From positions 36,515,669 to 36,554,926 of the forward strand of contig NC_057720.1 in NCBI RefSeq assembly GCF_004010195.1: a DNA stretch of 39,258 bases, in the 5' to 3' direction. Made by a program: the position numbers and the translations under genes. The first letter of the stretch is position 1. Each line of letters begins with the position of its first letter. This DNA is from Chiloscyllium plagiosum. Lineage: Eukaryota. Positions 34,915 to 39,258 of this stretch are shown piece by piece. The notes beneath the pieces were generated by a model that saw only the letters and a program-made list of their open reading frames with translations, was not told where the DNA came from and searched no databases.

Positions 34915-35950
34915 TTATTTTCCTAAATCAACTTGTTCAGAGATGTCATTATACACTATTGGGGCAAATGGAACTTGAACTGGAGCCTCCTGGGTCAAAA
35001 GCAGCTACACTACCATTTCTCTACAACATAATCTAGTTAGGAGGAGATGGCTGTTATACACCTCAGAAGCAAGTGGAACTTGAAACCGAATCTCATAACT
35101 CAGAGTCAGGGACACTAACACTGCACCAAAAAAGCCCCTTAAATCAGGAAACAGTTCTCCAATGTGACAAGCAATTAGTGCAAATGTTTGTCTGGTTTTG
35201 AGCCAGGCCCTTTGGGTCTGTAAAGTGAATGCAGTAACCACTACACTACAGAAAAAGGACCGGATGGGGCTTAGAGATATTTTCTAATCAACCTGTTAAG
35301 AAATGTTACCCACCTCCATTGTGATACTACCACTGCTACGAAGAGCCCTCAGAGAGTGCTTACATTTTATTTTCCTCATCAACTTTTTCAGAGATATTAT
35401 ACACTTCTGGAGCAGATAGGACTTGAACCCAAGCCTCCTTGCCTAGAGGTAGGGACACCACCACTACACCACAAGTGTGTCGTATAGGGTGCTCAAACTT
35501 ATGTAATGAGAGCTTTTAAAGGTTGTGAAAGGCAACCTCGCTGTTATGGTGCTGCTGTTTCTTTAGACCTCTGGATTAGGTGAGACCTGGGCTGCCTCAG
35601 AGGCAGGGACAATACTACTGCATGACAAGAGCCTGAGTTTGTTCAAATTCTACCTAGAAGTGTTCTCTCACAATTGAGAACCTTCCCACCAGCAAAATCA
35701 GACTTGTTTTTTGCTTTAAAACTACTATCCATTGCCAGTAAAAACATCCATGTTGCCAATTCACTATTTACAAGCGAAGCCTGTTATGCACAATGCAAAC
35801 CAAAGGTGAGGGGGGAGTCTAGGATTCTTGGTCCATTTTTCTAATAAACCTGTTTAGAGATGTTATTACACATCTCTGGACCAGGTGGGGCTTGAACCCA
35901 GGCCTTCTGGCTCAAAGGTAGGGACACTACATTGCACCACAAAAGCCCTT
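34915..35950 (-). repeat. Cluster of about 6-7 same-orientation ~110-nt tRNA-derived SINE-like units
   Basis: Recurring plus-strand TTTTC..ATCAAC.TGTT..GAGAT.T.AT.ACAC...GG.CTTGAACC...AGGGACAC.AC.ACTGCACCA.AA.AGCCC. The best copy, 35838-35948, has A/B boxes on the minus strand. Confidence 0.75.
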
Positions 35951-36427
35951 CAAGACACTTTAAGGATCCACCAAGATATGAACTTAGATTGCTGCATTCA
36001 AAGTCCAGAGTACTAATAGTTCCATTCTGGTTCCATAATGGGAAAATCATCTTATAGGACAGGTAACCCCAATAGCATAAGTCCACCTCAGTAGAAACTA
36101 GATAATTGTGAGAAAGGAGTACCACCCTGATGGGCTTAACAAAAGTGTGGGAGGAGGCTCATGCAGAACATAAACACCAGTTTAGATGTTTTCCAAATAG
36201 CATAGTAAATTCAGTGCAGTGAACAGAATATTTTATGGGCCATCGCTGTATCAGTCTGAGGAGAGTCAGGAGAAGACAAGATACCAATAGAGGCTGTAGA
36301 AATTATCAAGAGCATGGAAAACCTTTGTCCCTGCCCCATGCTTAATAGAAGTAGGGCACTTTTTTTCTGTTTTAAAATGGAATAAGCAATTACAGTTTAA
36401 GCTGCATGAACAAATCATTGTTTTTAG

Positions 36428-36598
36428 TAAAACAAAACGCAGATGCTGGAGATCTGAACCAAAAACCGATGGCAAAATTCAGCAGGTCCTAGCTGCTTGT
36501 AAGTCTGATAAAGAATCACCGGACTAAAACGTTAACACTGATTTCTTCCCACAGATGCTGCTAGAAGTGGAGTTTCATAAGCAAATTCTGTTTTTTTT
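36428..36598. mobile_element. Decayed fold-back short repeat with hammerhead-like remnant
   Basis: GCAGATGCTGGAGATCTG arm; CTGATAA-AGAATCACCGGACT-AAAACGTT-AAC at 36505-36535; same family as 24800. Confidence 0.5.
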
Positions 36599-37099
36599 GG
36601 TTACTTCAAGGTTTATATTCTGCAAAATAATAACTTTTCATATTATATTGCAGAATATATGCAGAGCTTAAATTCATCCATCAAGTTGTCAGGAGAAAAA
36701 TATTAGCAGGGATTCTGCCCTCTTAAAATATATATGCAAATGAAACAATGTTTTCTCCTTCCAAAAAAAAATCAAATTACTCAGGCAGCCATTTAGTCTA
36801 TCATGTCTGTGCCTGCAGTTTCAAAGAATGAACCATTTTGAGATTGACTACTCAGAATATATTTTTGATATCCAAGGATTAGAATATCATACATTAACAT
36901 TCCTCTTCCACAACGTTCCTTTTAAAGTGTACTTCTCCACTCTTCCCTTCTGCAGTTTTCCTTTGCCTCTCTGAAACTTCCATCCACAGAAGATTGTGCA
37001 TCGGTATCATAATCATGGCACTTAAATTCACACTTTTCATCCTGTTTGGTTTTGTTCCAAATTTTTACCAGGGCAGCTGAGAGTAATTAAATAGATATC

Positions 37100-38400
37100 C
37101 TATAACAACATGCAGTTATATATAGTGCCTTTAAATGTAATAAAATAATCAAAAGGCACTTCAGAATTATAATCTTGTGTGGTGTTGTATAGTATAATGT
37201 ATCCTTGCACCTGGAGTGAGGTTCTGCTTCACTCGCACCTGCTCCAAAAGGTATGTAATAACATCTCTGAACAGGTTGATTAGAAAAATACAGGTTAAAT
37301 AAATAAAGCAAAACAACACTAAGCCACAATAAGGAGATTTTAGGGAAGATGACCAAAACAAAGAGCAGGAGGAAGTTATAGTTGAGAAAGCAATTCAGGA
37401 AGGCAACTCCATAATTTAAGATTTGGACATTTGAAGGCATGACCATAAATCAAATGATTAAAGGTGGGGATGCTGAAGAGCCCAGAGTTAATACATGGTT
37501 GAGACTGGAGGTGGTGATTTCAAGAGACGGGAGACAATAGACTGTGGAGGGATTTGAAAATCAACACCAATTTTAAGATTAACTGGGGGCACATGAAGCC
37601 AACACACAGGGGTAGTGTGGGAATAGGACTTGGTGTGAGTTTTGGATGACTTCAGTTGAAGAGGATAGAACACAAGAGGCTGACCAGACGTGTCAAATAA
37701 TATCTAGAGAATGATAGCATGGATAAGAACTTCAGCAGAATAATTGTTGTGCAGGTAGAAATCGGTTGTCACTAACCATGTGGATATATGGTTGAAAGCT
37801 CATCTCTGGTTTACAGGTAGGTTCAGCATCAGGTTGACAGTAATAGGGTCGAGGTACAGGAGTATAGTTTATAGTAGGGGCCAAACTCAGTGGCTTCAGT
37901 CTTCTCAGTAATTACATGGGAGAAGTTTCAAGCTGTTAGGCCAACAACTTGATAAATTAACAGTTGAATTGTTCAAAGAAGCTTGGCTATGCAGAAATGA
38001 GAAAAAGGAATCATAAATGGTGATGCATTATCACAATTAAGTAGACTTGGCTGGTCACTCTGGCAGTATTTCCTGGCTGGATGGAAATAGAGGTATGGGG
38101 GAATGTGATGTGATCAACTGTCATTTTTAGTGTGACAAGTGGCAATCTGAGACTGGTCAGTTATTTGAAAGACCTCCTATAACTTGGGTACACATTTAGG
38201 GGGCAAAGATATATTCATCAATTTTAGGGATGGAAAGCATGTTGAAGATGGGTAAATAACTTGCAAGCATGAGGTTTAAAGTGTTTGAGGGTTAATGACT
38301 GCAGATTTAAAAGAACAGTAAAGAGGACAAAACCCAAAGAGAGAGAGAACAGTTACATGTCAACTAATATAAAGCTTTAACATGAAGCTGGAATGTGTGT
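37100..38400 (-). mobile_element. Ancient L2-like LINE remnant with a nested short SINE (37172-37290, +)
   Basis: Begins ACAACATGCAGTTATATATAGTGCCTTTAA..AAGGCACTTCA, like an antisense L2 3' end; purine-rich decayed body; no clear ORF. Confidence 0.4.
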
Positions 38401-38869
38401 AGTTTAGTAAGTTTTCAAATGTTGAGGTGATGCAGCTAACAGTCAGAATTGTACATATTTTAACACAAAGTAGATCCAAGGTATTATACAAAATTAAAAC
38501 TTCACACAAATTTATTAGTTCTACCATTTAACATCTTTTGAACCACAAAGGTATTTGCCCATTGTTAAATTCAACTTTGATTAAATATATGCAACAATTT
38601 AATCAAAGGCCTGTGGACTGAAGCCTGCACTGCCCACCTCTATTTAACTTCTGTTGTAAATATTTTTATTGAAAAGAATTAATTTTTTTTTACAAAATAG
38701 TTTGTCCACTTTAAATTTTATATTGGCGTTGTCATTATATTGTAAAAAAAACTAACTACTAATCTATTCTATAAACTACCAAAACACAAAATAAGGTATA
38801 AGAAATAAAACTTATTGACAACGAAAAAAAAAAGGATAAATAAATAAATATGCATTTAAAATAAAATTA

Positions 38870-39258
38870 CATCGTCACTCTTTAAGAAGGGTAGTAAGGA
38901 GAAGCCAGGGAACTATAGACCAGCGAACCTGACGTCGGTGGTGGGCAAGTTGTTGGAGGGAATCCTGAGGGACAGGATGTACATGTATTTGGAAAGCCAA
39001 GGACTGATTAGGGATAGTCAACATGGCTTTGTGCGTGGGAAATCATGTCTCACAAACTTGATTGAGGTTTTTGAAGAATTAACAAAGAGGATTGATGAAG
39101 GCAGAGCGGTAGATGTGATCTATATGGACTTCAGTAAGGCATTCGACAAGGTTCCCCATGGGAGATTCGTTAGCAAGGTTGCATCTCACGGAATAAAGGG
39201 TAAACTAGCCATTTGGATACAGAACTGGCTCAAAGGTAGAAGACAGAGGGTGGTGGTG
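38870..39258 (+). mobile_element. CR1 RT fragment running off the window
   Basis: PLFKKG..PGNYRP..GKLLEGILRD..SQHGFVRGKSCLTNLIE..DFSKAFDKVPH. Confidence 0.92.

Noticed and set aside
34915..35950. CRISPR-like repeat/spacer array
   Set aside because: Units are about 110 nt, highly diverged and irregularly spaced, in vertebrate DNA with no cas genes.

Overview
Eukaryotic, AT-rich, repeat-dense DNA, almost certainly from a cartilaginous fish (shark/ray), judging by HE1-type SINEs and their partner CR1 LINEs. The window lies inside one + strand spliced gene. Nine GT-AG coding exons (3486-30772; 946 nt, about 315 codons) join with consistent phases into a coiled-coil protein resembling CCDC159; its start and probably its end lie outside the window. 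The introns are filled with decayed retroelements: an antisense L1 with intact 5' end, many CR1 copies, L2-like and Gypsy remnants, several tRNA-derived SINEs, and Penelope-like elements (PLEs). The most interesting signal is a set of minimal hammerhead-ribozyme motifs (CTGANGA-N-stemII-GAAA plus a palindromic ACGT/AGCT) carried by at least three or four different PLE-derived repeat families. Several sit in short TSD-flanked or fold-back inserts, and some are on the host pre-mRNA strand. Also notable: a 225-bp locally templated insertion inside a CR1, and a same-orientation cluster of a ~110-nt tRNA-derived SINE. No intact transposon ORFs, rRNA, true tRNA genes or CRISPR arrays were found. All family and gene assignments are from recalled motifs, not database searches.
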